Notes: generated by a model not told the origin, from the sequence alone. 64,000 bases of DNA from an uncultured Myxococcales bacterium (GCA_964522395.1 CAZFVN010000004.1:12430-76429); one strand, 5' to 3'; positions 28,401 through 38,326 are shown, counted from the first letter of the stretch. Made by a program: numbers and translations.

Positions 28401-30368
28401 TTGTCGGTCGCCGTTGGCAAATATAAGCTGCTGCGCCGCCTCGCAGTTGGGGGCATGGCAGAGATCTTCCTTGCCCGAGTGCACGGCGAAGCCGGCTTCC
28501 ATCGCAAAGTCATCATCAAGAAGATCCTGCCCCACTACGCGGGAGAGCCAGAGTTTGTCCGGCGTTTGGTTGACGAAGGTCTCCTGGCTTCCCGCCTGAG
28601 CCACGGCAACATCGTCCAGGTGCTCGACCTTGGCCGATTGGGCCCCGACTATTTCATTGCCATGGAATTCGTCGACGGTGTCGACCTGCGCGACCTGCTC
28701 ACTACGGCCTTCGACCGAGAATGCGTGATTCCGGCCGACATCGGCATCCACATCCTCTGGCAAGTGGCCCGAGCCCTCGCATACGCCCACGATAAGAAGA
28801 GCGCTAGTGGAGAGTCCCTCGATATCGTACATCGTGACATCTCCCCGGCCAATGTGTTCGTCTCGTGGGAGGGGGCGGTGAAACTGGGCGATTTTGGCAT
28901 CGCCAAGGCAAGGCAACGGCTTAGCCGGCATACCATGACCGGCGTCTTGCAAGGGAAGTTTCCCTACATGTCCCCGGAGCAGACCGAAGGGGCCGAACTC
29001 TCACAAGCGAGCGACATCTTCTCTTTCGGTTCTGTTGCTTATGAGCTGCTCACTCAGTGTCGCCCCTTCGAGGGGGAATCGGACATGATGATTCTGGCCC
29101 GTGTGAAGGACGCTGAGTTCCGTCCCATGCGCGAAGTTCGACCGGACCTGCCAGAGTCTTTTGCCGAAGTAGTGAATACCTGCCTCCAGAAGGATCTGGC
29201 GGTGCGGTACACCCGGGGATCAGAGCTGGAGCGCGCTCTGGCGACCGTCATGCAGGAGAATGGCTGGGTCGTTTCGGAGGGAGACATCGCACGATTCCTC
29301 GCCGACCTCTACGGTGATAGCCGACAACCTGAGGGGCGGAAAGATGCTGCCCAGGAAGAGGAAGCGGGCGAGGTAGTCGAAGCGTCCCCGCTCGATCCCT
29401 ATGACCTCAAAGCTGGCTTGCCTGTCCCCCCCCGATCATCAACTCCGCCCCCCAAACATGAGTTTACGAGGGCAGTCGCCCAGCCCGATTGGCGGCGACG
29501 CCAACAACGCAAGTTCCGTGGCTGGCTGGCCTGGGCGCTGGTGATGGCCGCAGCGGCTATCTTCCTGATCCTGGACTACACAACTTTGCATCTCTTGCTC
29601 CGCCCCCCGGCAGCATCAGCGCCAATCACCGGCGCTCAGCCGAAATCACCTGAGGAGGAATCTGCCAAGAGCCTCGTTGGCTTCGAAATCATCCCCTTGC
29701 CAGACCTCCAGTCAATGGATGACTTACTCCATTCTCCCCCGGCCGACCTGCTCGCCGTAGCCTCCATCCATGACTCCGATATCGTCGCTAGCCACGTTGC
29801 GCCCCCTGACGCTTCAAGTGTTGCAAACGAGGTGGAGTGGCAGTCTTCTGTCGACCTTCGGCCGGGCACAGTCGAAGTAACGGACAGTAGAATTCTCACC
29901 GAGACCCGAAACGAGGACGCTACGCGGACTCCTGAACCGGCACGCTCGTCCACCCGCCTGACCATTTTGCCTCCCGATGCGACCATATACCTGGACGGTC
30001 GGCTGCTAGGCAATAGCCCCCAAACACTCGCTTTCGTAGAGGGAAACAGTGCGCGGGTGATTCGTGTCGAGAAGAGTGGCTACGAGACAATAACCTTCAA
30101 ACTTCGTCACCCGGGACCCCGCTCCTTGGGCAAGCGCCTCCATCCCCTCGAAAAGGGTCGCCTCTATCTACGTTACAACCCCGCCAGTGCCACTGTCCTG
30201 GTCGATGGCAAGCCGGTTGTCTCCTCTAATGGCCTTAACATTATCGACCGGCAGTTGACGGTTGGCTCGCACACGATTATTGTGCGAGAAGGAGAACAAG
30301 AGACGACCAAGACCATCACCATCGAAAAGGACAAGGAATGGCGAGGCACGATAACGGCAACTCCGTAG
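28401..30368 (+). CDS. Membrane Hanks-type Ser/Thr protein kinase with extracytoplasmic PEGA domains
   Basis: LAVGGMAEIF, HRDISPANV, DFG and GKFPYMSPE motifs, one TM helix, and PEGA-like PPDATIYLDG..LG.SP and PASATVLVDG. Probable TTG start. Confidence 0.9.
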   Translation: MSVAVGKYKLLRRLAVGGMAEIFLARVHGEAGFHRKVIIKKILPHYAGEPEFVRRLVDEGLLASRLSHGNIVQVLDLGRLGPDYFIAMEFVDGVDLRDLLTTAFDRECVIPADIGIHILWQVARALAYAHDKKSASGESLDIVHRDISPANVFVSWEGAVKLGDFGIAKARQRLSRHTMTGVLQGKFPYMSPEQTEGAELSQASDIFSFGSVAYELLTQCRPFEGESDMMILARVKDAEFRPMREVRPDLPESFAEVVNTCLQKDLAVRYTRGSELERALATVMQENGWVVSEGDIARFLADLYGDSRQPEGRKDAAQEEEAGEVVEASPLDPYDLKAGLPVPPRSSTPPPKHEFTRAVAQPDWRRRQQRKFRGWLAWALVMAAAAIFLILDYTTLHLLLRPPAASAPITGAQPKSPEEESAKSLVGFEIIPLPDLQSMDDLLHSPPADLLAVASIHDSDIVASHVAPPDASSVANEVEWQSSVDLRPGTVEVTDSRILTETRNEDATRTPEPARSSTRLTILPPDATIYLDGRLLGNSPQTLAFVEGNSARVIRVEKSGYETITFKLRHPGPRSLGKRLHPLEKGRLYLRYNPASATVLVDGKPVVSSNGLNIIDRQLTVGSHTIIVREGEQETTKTITIEKDKEWRGTITATP

Positions 30369-31705
30369 ACCCTGGGCAGGAAACGCGTACCGTCTATCTC
30401 GAAGCCAACCTCGAGAGATTGCAAGCCCCTCGATTTGAGTTGGTTGTTCAGCGCGGTGCCAACAAAGGCGAAAGTCTCTCCTGGGAGGGACTCACCCTGC
30501 GGGTTGGAGCTGCTCCTGATAATGACCTCGTGCTTGATGATTCCACCGTCTCTCGCAACCACTTTCGCATCGAGTTGGACCCACAGGGCTACCGGCTAAG
30601 AGATCTCGACAGCAAGAATGGGGTCGTCGTTCAAGACATTTCAGTAAAGGACGCCTACTTGCCACCTAGTTGCCGGATCACAGTTGGCGACACGGTCCTC
30701 AAGTATAAAGAAGGCCGAGAGAAGGTAGACGTCGAATTGGTCAAAGAGAATCGCCTGGGAGAGTTGTTGGGAGCCAGCAGTCAGATGCGCCATCTCTTTG
30801 CCCTTGTAAGGCGAGTTGCCGACACCTCAGCCACAGTACTCGTGGAAGGAGATAGCGGCACGGGGAAAGAGCTCACGGCCAGGGCTCTCCACGATCTCTC
30901 CTCACGAGCGACAAAGCCCTTCGAGATCCTCGACTGCTCCGCAATTCCCGAATCAATCATTGAGAGCGAGCTTTTTGGCCACGTCAAAGGAGCCTTCACG
31001 GGAGCTGTCGACCGCCGCAAGGGAGCCGTGGAAAGCGCCGCGGGAGGTACTCTCTTCCTCGATGAAATCGGTGAGCTACCGCTCCAAATGCAAGGCAAAG
31101 TACTGCGCCTCATAGAGCGCAAAGAGGTAAAAGGGGTCGGCGCTGATTCTTTCCGGCAGGTGGATGTACGGATCGTCGCGGCCACGAATCGGAATCTGAG
31201 GGAGGAGGTAGCCAACGGCAACTTCAGAGAAGACCTCTATTACCGACTTGCGGTGGTCAAGCTGCGCATCCCACCGCTTCGGGAGCGTCCCGAGGATATT
31301 CCCATGCTGGTCGACCATTTTCTGGAATTCTTCTCGCAACGAGATGGTCACCGCTACACCGTATCCCACCACATGTTGCAACGGCTGCTGGCCTACGACT
31401 ATCCGGGCAATGTGCGTGAACTTCGCAACCTAATGGAGCGTTCCTGCTTGCTCTCGGACGGGGTAGAGCTATCGGTGGAACCTGGTACTCGACCGCCTGT
31501 GCCCGCCGGAGGATCTGATTTCGCGGCGCTTATGCACCTGCCTTACAAGGAAGCCAAAGACAGCCTCGTCTCCAGTTTCGAGGAGCGCTATTGGACTCGA
31601 CTGCTGGAGGCCTGCAACGGCAATATCTCGGAGGCCGCGCGTCAGGGCGGCATCCACCGCAAGTCGCTGGAGTACCTCCTCAAGAAGATACGCAGCGACG
31701 ACTAG
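30338..31705 (+). CDS. FHA-domain sigma54-dependent enhancer-binding protein
   Basis: FHA (VG...DN...DSTVSRNH...DLDSKNG), Walker A GDSGTGKE, GAFTGA, FLDEIGE, FREDLYYRL, PGNVRELRN and a C-terminal Fis-type HTH. Confidence 0.92.
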   Translation: MARHDNGNSVDPGQETRTVYLEANLERLQAPRFELVVQRGANKGESLSWEGLTLRVGAAPDNDLVLDDSTVSRNHFRIELDPQGYRLRDLDSKNGVVVQDISVKDAYLPPSCRITVGDTVLKYKEGREKVDVELVKENRLGELLGASSQMRHLFALVRRVADTSATVLVEGDSGTGKELTARALHDLSSRATKPFEILDCSAIPESIIESELFGHVKGAFTGAVDRRKGAVESAAGGTLFLDEIGELPLQMQGKVLRLIERKEVKGVGADSFRQVDVRIVAATNRNLREEVANGNFREDLYYRLAVVKLRIPPLRERPEDIPMLVDHFLEFFSQRDGHRYTVSHHMLQRLLAYDYPGNVRELRNLMERSCLLSDGVELSVEPGTRPPVPAGGSDFAALMHLPYKEAKDSLVSSFEERYWTRLLEACNGNISEAARQGGIHRKSLEYLLKKIRSDD

Positions 31706-31777
31706 CTACGAAAACCGGGTCAGCCACAGAATGGATGCATCCGGTACGCCATTGCAGATTCGCAGGAAATGACGTGT

Positions 31778-32836
31778 CTACTTCGCGGCCGGCTTGGGAA
31801 GGTTGGTGCCGAGGATCTGCTTGGCACGATTTGCTACCCGAGCGCTGGCGTCATTGGCTGCTGCTTCAAGCAGAGCCTTGGCCTCAGGAATGTCCCGGGC
31901 ACTAGCAAGGTAGCTTACGGCCGTTAGACGCACATACTCCTTCTCTTTGTCGGCTAGAGCAGCTTCGAAGGCAGCCAGTGCAACCTCTTTCTGGTCGAGA
32001 TGGAGCAAACCAAGCGCGGCGTCAAGACGAACATGGACCTGCTTGGCTCCCATCGCCTTCTCAAAAAAGGCCAGGGCCTCTTCGTCGTAGATGTACTTGC
32101 CATCTTCAATGCCCTTGAAGAAGGCACGCCGCAGTGCCACTCCCTGGTCCAGCATCGACTCCATGAGCGGCTTCGCAAATTCCTTTTCGCCCCACTGGTA
32201 AAGCAGGATGGCAGATTCACTCTTGACCGCCAGATCGTTTCCTTCGGCCAATTTCTTGAGCGGCTCAACAAGTCCATCCTTCTTTTCGTTGCCAAGGGCA
32301 CGAATTGCGGTGGCCTTCTCAAACGCCTTGCCGTCCCCAGTAATGATAGCCTCGAGCTTTGCAAGGTCCCCAGCGTCCCCGCTGCGACCGAGCTTGTAGA
32401 TCTCCTGGATGCGAGCTCGCCGAATCTGCAGATCTTCCTGCGAGCGAGGAGCAGGAGCTGGCTTGGCAGGTTCCTTCTTCTCGCCGACTGCCTTCTCTTC
32501 CGCCGGGGCTTCTTCGGCAGCCTTCTCCTCTGCGGCCTTTTCTTCTGCCGGAGCTTCCTCAGCGGCCTTCTCCTCTACGGCCTTCTCTTCCGCCGGAGCT
32601 TCCTCAGCGGCCTTCTCCTCTACGGCCTTCTCTTCCGCCGGAGCTTCCTCAGCAGCCTTCTCCGCCGGAGCCTCTTCCGCAGCCTTTTCCTCTGCTGGGG
32701 CCTTTTCCGGTGCAACCTTCTTCTCTCCCTCAGCCGCCTTTGCCGGGGCCTTGGTCTTGCCCTTCTCTTCCTTCTTTCCACAGCCACCCAGGGCCAGGGC
32801 CAACATCAGCATCGACAAGAGTGCAGTCAGTCTCAT
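31778..32836 (-). CDS. HEAT-repeat lipoprotein with a long Glu/Ala/Lys/Pro linker
   Basis: Lipobox LGGC, EEKAAEEAPA repeats, and HEAT-like VRLDAALGL, VRLTAVSYL, DASARVANRA. Confidence 0.8.
   Translation of the reverse strand: MRLTALLSMLMLALALGGCGKKEEKGKTKAPAKAAEGEKKVAPEKAPAEEKAAEEAPAEKAAEEAPAEEKAVEEKAAEEAPAEEKAVEEKAAEEAPAEEKAAEEKAAEEAPAEEKAVGEKKEPAKPAPAPRSQEDLQIRRARIQEIYKLGRSGDAGDLAKLEAIITGDGKAFEKATAIRALGNEKKDGLVEPLKKLAEGNDLAVKSESAILLYQWGEKEFAKPLMESMLDQGVALRRAFFKGIEDGKYIYDEEALAFFEKAMGAKQVHVRLDAALGLLHLDQKEVALAAFEAALADKEKEYVRLTAVSYLASARDIPEAKALLEAAANDASARVANRAKQILGTNLPKPAAK
32486..32710. repeat. Coding tandem repeat, 45-bp unit built from 15-bp subunits
   Basis: Exact 45-bp copies at 32547-32591 and 32592-32636, with degenerate flanking copies. 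Confidence 0.85.
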
Positions 32837-32949
32837 TTGTTCTCCTCCTTCAAGGACGTCAGTACGAAGTATTCGTCAACAGACCCTATCTATATATGCA
32901 GAGAGGTCTGTTTTTCAACCGAAAAGCTACTGTTTTTGTTCCCGTGGTC

Positions 32950-32978
32950 TTGTCAAAGGGGCCAGACCCTTCTATCAT
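32950..32978 (+). promoter_or_regulatory. Putative sigma70 promoter
   Basis: TTGTCA-17 bp-TATCAT upstream of 33024. Confidence 0.45.
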
Positions 32979-33023
32979 GCCAATGCCTGAGTGACAGTAC
33001 GACCCGCAAATCGAGACTAGGGA

Positions 33024-34610
33024 ATGCCCGATTTTGAAGAAATCGTCCTGGGACGAGCAAAACGAGGAAAGAAGAGCGCACTATTGGCAGGACTCTTCGT
33101 CTTCGTTGTCTATTTTGCCCTCTACCAGGGACCCGCGACGGGGTATTGGGATACTTACATTTCAGTGCCGGCGTCGCTTATCGCAGGGGAACCGATCGAC
33201 TTTCGCAACGCGGATGGTTCCCAAGGCCATGCCAGCGCGATTGAAGGCAAACTTCCCGACGACCTGGTGCGACCAGAATCCTACGGAGTAGCCACCAAGG
33301 ACCAGCGGATCGGAGCTGCCATTCAAGCTGCCCCATTCTTCCGACTCTTCCGGGTCTTCGGCTTCCGCCTCCTCTACGCACTGATTCCCGCGCTCACGGC
33401 AATGCTCTTCTTTCTCGTCGTGCAACAACTGACGGGGCGGCGCTGGATCGGCTTGATTGCGGCTCTCGGACTGGTGTTGAATCCATTCCTGCTCTCATTC
33501 CAAAGCCTGAACGCCAATTTCCCAGCACTGATGTTACTCGTGGCCTTGCTGATGATGCTCCAGATCGAGCCCTTCCGACCACTAGTCGCCGGCCTTCTGC
33601 TCGGGGTCTTTGGCGGTATTCGAAACATGGGTCTTATCTATGCACCGCTCTTCCTCCTGTGGGTCTACTTCAGTTCGGTCGACCGAACTGAAGGGAAGGC
33701 CCTGGCGCGGCGACTCGCAGGCTTGCGCGGCGCTGGCCTTTTTGCTCTGGGCGCGCTCTTGACCATTTTGCCGATTACCTACTGGAAGGAGTTCGCCTTC
33801 GGTTCCCCCCTGGCCCACCCCTCACAGTTTGCTGATTTTCAGGGCTTCAGACCGACCTTTGAGCATACCTTCCTGGGGCTGAAATTCGCCTTTAACGGCC
33901 TCTTGAACTACCCCTTCCACACTGAGTGGGTCCGAACTCCTCATTTCCCCTTTCCGGTCTTCCTGATGATCCCGCTGGTCTTCATTACTTCCATTGGTCT
34001 GGTTGGCGCAGCGGTAGCTTTTCTGGGACTGAAGCCACTGCTGCGGGAACACCGACGGACCGCGTGGATGGCCCTCTCCTGGCTCGTAATCACCTGTCTT
34101 TTCTGGGCCTTCCAGGAGAACTGGGAAGAGTTGAAGATGTCCTTTCTCTTCCTCGGTATGCCCCCGCTCTTTCTCTTTGTCTCATTTGGCATCGGCCGTT
34201 TCACCGCAATCGGGGAATTGCGAAGCAACATTCTTACTCTCGCGGCAATCTCTCTGGTCCTCATTGTTGTTACCAAGTTCGCCTTCTTCCTCGAATTTCC
34301 CCAGGACCAACGCTGGTATCAGCGGTTCCCCAAAGCCGCCACCAACGTCAGTCAACTCTCCGGTCTGCCGGAGCACAAGCGACTGGCTCCGGAGTTCTTC
34401 CTTACCCGTGAAACTGACGAGGAGCGCCTCGCGGCCAAGAAACGTCTGACATCCATCTGCCTCTTTCCCTGCCAATATCTGCCGCTGCAAACAGAGTGGC
34501 CCACAATAGGTGAAACAGTGGAAAGGGAATTGGAGCAGCCGCGCCTGGTGGTTGGAAACGTGTGGGACACAATCTACGCACAGCAGCAGGCACCGCCTGA
34601 AGCGCCATGA
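33024..34610 (+). CDS. Polytopic membrane protein, probable GT-C fold (ArnT/PMT-like) glycosyltransferase
   Basis: N-terminal TM followed by a loop with YWDTY, FGFRLLYAL, LVLNPFLL, GGIR and about 11-12 TM helices. Confidence 0.6.
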   Translation: MPDFEEIVLGRAKRGKKSALLAGLFVFVVYFALYQGPATGYWDTYISVPASLIAGEPIDFRNADGSQGHASAIEGKLPDDLVRPESYGVATKDQRIGAAIQAAPFFRLFRVFGFRLLYALIPALTAMLFFLVVQQLTGRRWIGLIAALGLVLNPFLLSFQSLNANFPALMLLVALLMMLQIEPFRPLVAGLLLGVFGGIRNMGLIYAPLFLLWVYFSSVDRTEGKALARRLAGLRGAGLFALGALLTILPITYWKEFAFGSPLAHPSQFADFQGFRPTFEHTFLGLKFAFNGLLNYPFHTEWVRTPHFPFPVFLMIPLVFITSIGLVGAAVAFLGLKPLLREHRRTAWMALSWLVITCLFWAFQENWEELKMSFLFLGMPPLFLFVSFGIGRFTAIGELRSNILTLAAISLVLIVVTKFAFFLEFPQDQRWYQRFPKAATNVSQLSGLPEHKRLAPEFFLTRETDEERLAAKKRLTSICLFPCQYLPLQTEWPTIGETVERELEQPRLVVGNVWDTIYAQQQAPPEAP

Positions 34611-35386
34611 GCACCACACCAACCCTTCATCTGGCTTACATCCGCACCAGCACAACATTGTTGCAATTTGACAATGTGACGATCCTCACCGACCCCTGGT
34701 TCTCGCGGCGCATGCGCTTCCTCCCAGCGCTCCGAAGGCCGGGGATTCCAGCAGCAGCGATCCCGACGCCAGATATTATCCTATGCTCACACCTCCATGC
34801 CGACCACTTCGACCCCAGGTTCATTGCCGCCGCAGCACAATCACATACGACCCTGGTCGGACCCGTTGGCCTTGCTCGAAACCGGCCGCGAGGTTTTCGC
34901 GGCAAGCTCCTGGAAATGGCCCCCGAACAGCTAGAAACCGTCCATTCCGTGGCCCTTGCCGCCACCGCCATGGAGCACACCTTTCCGGGGCCCGATGAGG
35001 TGGGGTTCCGAATTCAGCTCGGACCTTATGGTCTCTTCTTCGGTGGCGATGCTGCATATGGCAATGCGTTTTCCAGCGTCGTTACCAATGGCCCAGTCGA
35101 CATTGCCATTCTCCCGGTAGGAGGAACCCTGATCTGGGGAAGAAGAACAGTGATGAATGCAACAGATGCGGCCCGTGCCGCAAGGGACCTCGGGGCCCGA
35201 TTCGTAGTGCCAACTCACCCGGGCGGAGACTGGCCAGCTCTCCCCCCCATGTCTCGCCATCCCGGGCGATTGAAAGATCTGCTCGGTCATGGCGGAGGAC
35301 ACTTCGATCCAGTGGTCCTACACCCCGGACAGAGAGCCGAATTCAAATGCATCGATGGAATAGTAGAGTTGGCGAAGAGAGTCTAG
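34607..35386 (+). CDS. Metallo-beta-lactamase fold hydrolase (UlaG/NAPE-PLD-like)
   Basis: ILTDPWFS, SHLHADHFD, FGGD, DIAILPVGG and VPTH. Confidence 0.88.
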   Translation: MSTTPTLHLAYIRTSTTLLQFDNVTILTDPWFSRRMRFLPALRRPGIPAAAIPTPDIILCSHLHADHFDPRFIAAAAQSHTTLVGPVGLARNRPRGFRGKLLEMAPEQLETVHSVALAATAMEHTFPGPDEVGFRIQLGPYGLFFGGDAAYGNAFSSVVTNGPVDIAILPVGGTLIWGRRTVMNATDAARAARDLGARFVVPTHPGGDWPALPPMSRHPGRLKDLLGHGGGHFDPVVLHPGQRAEFKCIDGIVELAKRV

Positions 35387-36405
35387 GTTGGGGGTGACGA
35401 AACGGTGCGGAAATGCACCCAACGTATGTACTGCTCCAGAGTCTCTTTCTCAGACTCGCTAGCAAAGTCAGCGAACTCCAAATAGAGACCGGATTCACCA
35501 CTGCCTGAACCGTCATCCACTTCTAGAACGCGCGCTCGACAGCGTATCTTCTCCGTCTCCTTGCGGGTGATAATTTCAACCACCAGACCAATGCTCTCCT
35601 GACGATTGGTCGGGGCCACGGGAGACTCCACGAAGAGTCCGTTTGTGCCAATGGCAGTGACGTGGACGGGAATCGGCATCGCACCGATAGTCATCACGGC
35701 CTCGGTATTGACCGGAAGAAGACGCTCCGTCTGCCGGAGACGGTCGGTCATGGGACCTGCAATCCGATGAGTCCCTCCACGCTTGCTGTACTCCCGGGGA
35801 AGAACCGGTCCATCGCTCTGTTTCAAGTGCTCAAAATCATCGTCAAAGCGCAGTTCGCGGAAGTACTCCTCGGTGCCTCCCTCCCCTACCAGAATTGGCC
35901 CCGTGGTGCGCTCGTCGTCCTCTTTAGTTCCGCTGAACTTGATTGCCTGTTGATAGAGCGGTTCGAATTCAAAGACAGACTTCACCGCCTTATTCGCTCC
36001 CACCTTAGCGCGCTTCGCACCGGTGGCCTCAATGCGCAACATCTTGCTCAGGAAATACTCAAGATCCTCCGGAGAAGCATCCGTCATGGCTCGTACCCAG
36101 CGAAGACCGACACCGGGGACCGGGGAAACTTGTTTGCGCATCACCCGACCGACCAGATAGACGGGCTCTCCTTTGATGCCGGCGCCATACTTGACGCCCT
36201 TCTCACCAGATTTCTTCTTACCACTGCGGGACTTGAAGACCAGAGCAATGGTACGCCCCAGGGGAATCTCTTCGGCGGTGGCTAGAAACATCCCGCCCGC
36301 GCTGATGTTCTCGGAGCGCGCATCGTAGCGCCGACCGTCCACGTAAGCGTAGACCCCGGCCCTGAACTCACGCCGTGGAAAAAGCCTCCGTTCTGCCCTC
36401 GCCAA
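35383..36405 (-). CDS. Tandem PilZ-domain protein
   Basis: ERRLFPR (RxxxR) with NISAGGMFL, plus a second degenerate PilZ (IGTNGLFV). TTG start inferred from the neighbouring paralog. Confidence 0.8.
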   Translation of the reverse strand: MARAERRLFPRREFRAGVYAYVDGRRYDARSENISAGGMFLATAEEIPLGRTIALVFKSRSGKKKSGEKGVKYGAGIKGEPVYLVGRVMRKQVSPVPGVGLRWVRAMTDASPEDLEYFLSKMLRIEATGAKRAKVGANKAVKSVFEFEPLYQQAIKFSGTKEDDERTTGPILVGEGGTEEYFRELRFDDDFEHLKQSDGPVLPREYSKRGGTHRIAGPMTDRLRQTERLLPVNTEAVMTIGAMPIPVHVTAIGTNGLFVESPVAPTNRQESIGLVVEIITRKETEKIRCRARVLEVDDGSGSGESGLYLEFADFASESEKETLEQYIRWVHFRTVSSPPT

Positions 36406-36587
36406 GACTACCCCCGAGTGCTTCCTATGTCGGTCCCCCGAAGGAACCATCAGATACCAGTCGAATTTACCGGGATATGGAGGGGGGCACAAGTTATCGC
36501 GCCCTTCTTTGCTTTTTCCCTCGCCATTGCTAGAATCGCCGCGACGGGATCATGGAGAATCGAGGACACTCGACAGGAGGGGGAACC

Positions 36588-37541
36588 ATGGCGGGACGTG
36601 AACGACGCCTCTTTGAACGCATACCGCTAACTGAGGACTTCTACTGCTACGCAGTGGACGGCACGCGTCTCGATGCCCACTCGCAGGACATCAGTTCCGG
36701 CGGGATCTTTCTCAAGACTGATGATGAACTATCGGCCGGTGCCCCCATCGCACTGGTCTTCAAAAACGACCCATCCCGCACCTCCCCAGTCTACCTGACG
36801 GGAAAGATCGTCCGTTGCACCGAGACACCGGTGAAAGGGGTCGGTGTGGAATGGGTGAAGGCCGTCTCCAACGGTCCTGAATCCGAACTGATCCACTTCC
36901 TGGAAGAAGTGCTGCGCATCCGCGAGCCCCAGATCTACGTCGAAAGCGTTCCCGGCCAGGAAAACCCAAGAGTTGAGTTCACCTTCCCCCGAGTTGCAGT
37001 CTTCGGCGATGAAGACGTGCGGAACTTCCACGAAGACGAGGAAGAGGATACGGCAGACATTTCAGACGATTTGCGCACTGAGCGGGAAGCCAAGATCGCT
37101 AAGGGCACAGCAAATGCTCAGTTACCAGAACAACCTGCGCCAACCTTCAACCGCTCCCAAGAGGATGGAGTCCTTACCCGTCAGATCGCCGCTGGCGAAC
37201 TTCGGGCGATGGCCGAAGTGAAGGCGGTCATGGATATTGCCGGCAAACGAGTTAACGTCCTGATAACCCATCTGGGCACCAGCGGGATGTTCGTGCGCAC
37301 CATGCTGCCTCCGCGCGAACCGGTGAGACGCGCAGACATCAAGTTCGAACTGCGTGTGCGAGGCGGCATGGCACAGATCAAGTGTCGCTGCAAAGTGTTG
37401 GCAATCGATGATGGCCGAACCACCCGAACACCAGGCATTGACCTGGAGATCGTCCGGCTTGATGAAGACGGCAATGACGGCGTCCTGAAAGCCTATGTAC
37501 GCTGGCTCACGTTTCGCAACATGACACCGAAGAGCAACTAG
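36588..37541 (+). CDS. Tandem PilZ-domain protein
   Basis: ERRLFER with DISSGGIFL, a second degenerate PilZ (LGTSGMFV), and RBS AGGAGG. Confidence 0.82.
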   Translation: MAGRERRLFERIPLTEDFYCYAVDGTRLDAHSQDISSGGIFLKTDDELSAGAPIALVFKNDPSRTSPVYLTGKIVRCTETPVKGVGVEWVKAVSNGPESELIHFLEEVLRIREPQIYVESVPGQENPRVEFTFPRVAVFGDEDVRNFHEDEEEDTADISDDLRTEREAKIAKGTANAQLPEQPAPTFNRSQEDGVLTRQIAAGELRAMAEVKAVMDIAGKRVNVLITHLGTSGMFVRTMLPPREPVRRADIKFELRVRGGMAQIKCRCKVLAIDDGRTTRTPGIDLEIVRLDEDGNDGVLKAYVRWLTFRNMTPKSN

Positions 37542-38326
37542 AATACCACCGCAAATATTGAGCGGGCCTGATAGAGAGCGCCTTCGTCCTTGTCAAACTT
37601 CAGTTGGGGCTGGAAGGCAATTGTCCACCAGAATCGCTTGCCCATAACGGAGATGGTCGGACCAGCATAGTGGTTTTCAAACTCAAAATCCTCGCCCTCG
37701 GCCTTCTCCGTTTTGGCCAGGTACTCAAGGCCAATGGCAACATTAAGATTGATGTGGTAGCCCACGCCAAATGAAGGGATGAACTCCAGGAGGAAATCGT
37801 CGGCTCCGCCAACGTCCTTGATCTTCTCTTCGAACTTCAAATTGAGCGCGGTCTCAATCTTGCCAAATCGCTTGGCGAAAATGAGGATCTGCTCCACCTT
37901 CACGTCGTTTCCGTTATATGCCACTTCGAAGTAGATCGAAGGGTCAACAATATACTGCCCAGGGTCTCCGAATCGATACCGACTCCGGACCTTCAAACCA
38001 TCATAGACCATGGGACCATAGGGCTTCTGCTTGAACACGTTATAGAAACCGAAGTCCAGACGGTCGGTGATCGCGTACTCAAATTCCACCTGATGTTTCC
38101 ATTCCACCTTGAGGTCATCTTCCGCGATGTCCAGGGTGGCTGGGTCATCGGTGGCGACCCACTTGCTGTCGAGATAGTGCTCCATTTCCATGCTGCCTTC
38201 TGGCAGCGTCATGTATGGATATGAATAGGCGAAGATCCGTCTGTCAGCTCGTGCTTCCTGACCCGCCAGAAGGGTTCCTCCGAAGATGGCGCTGACCATC
38301 AGCGCTGCTACCAGTTTGCTCTGCAT
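37538..38326 (-). CDS. Outer-membrane beta-barrel protein, possibly metal-uptake related
   Basis: Signal peptide ending ARA, alternating beta-strands (VEFEYAITDRL), terminal Phe, and RBS GAGGAG. Confidence 0.65.
   Translation of the reverse strand: MQSKLVAALMVSAIFGGTLLAGQEARADRRIFAYSYPYMTLPEGSMEMEHYLDSKWVATDDPATLDIAEDDLKVEWKHQVEFEYAITDRLDFGFYNVFKQKPYGPMVYDGLKVRSRYRFGDPGQYIVDPSIYFEVAYNGNDVKVEQILIFAKRFGKIETALNLKFEEKIKDVGGADDFLLEFIPSFGVGYHINLNVAIGLEYLAKTEKAEGEDFEFENHYAGPTISVMGKRFWWTIAFQPQLKFDKDEGALYQARSIFAVVF

Noticed and set aside
31821-31835. sigma54 promoter-like TTGGCACGATTTGCT
   Set aside because: GG-to-GC spacing is 8 nt instead of the required 10, and it lies within the HEAT lipoprotein gene.
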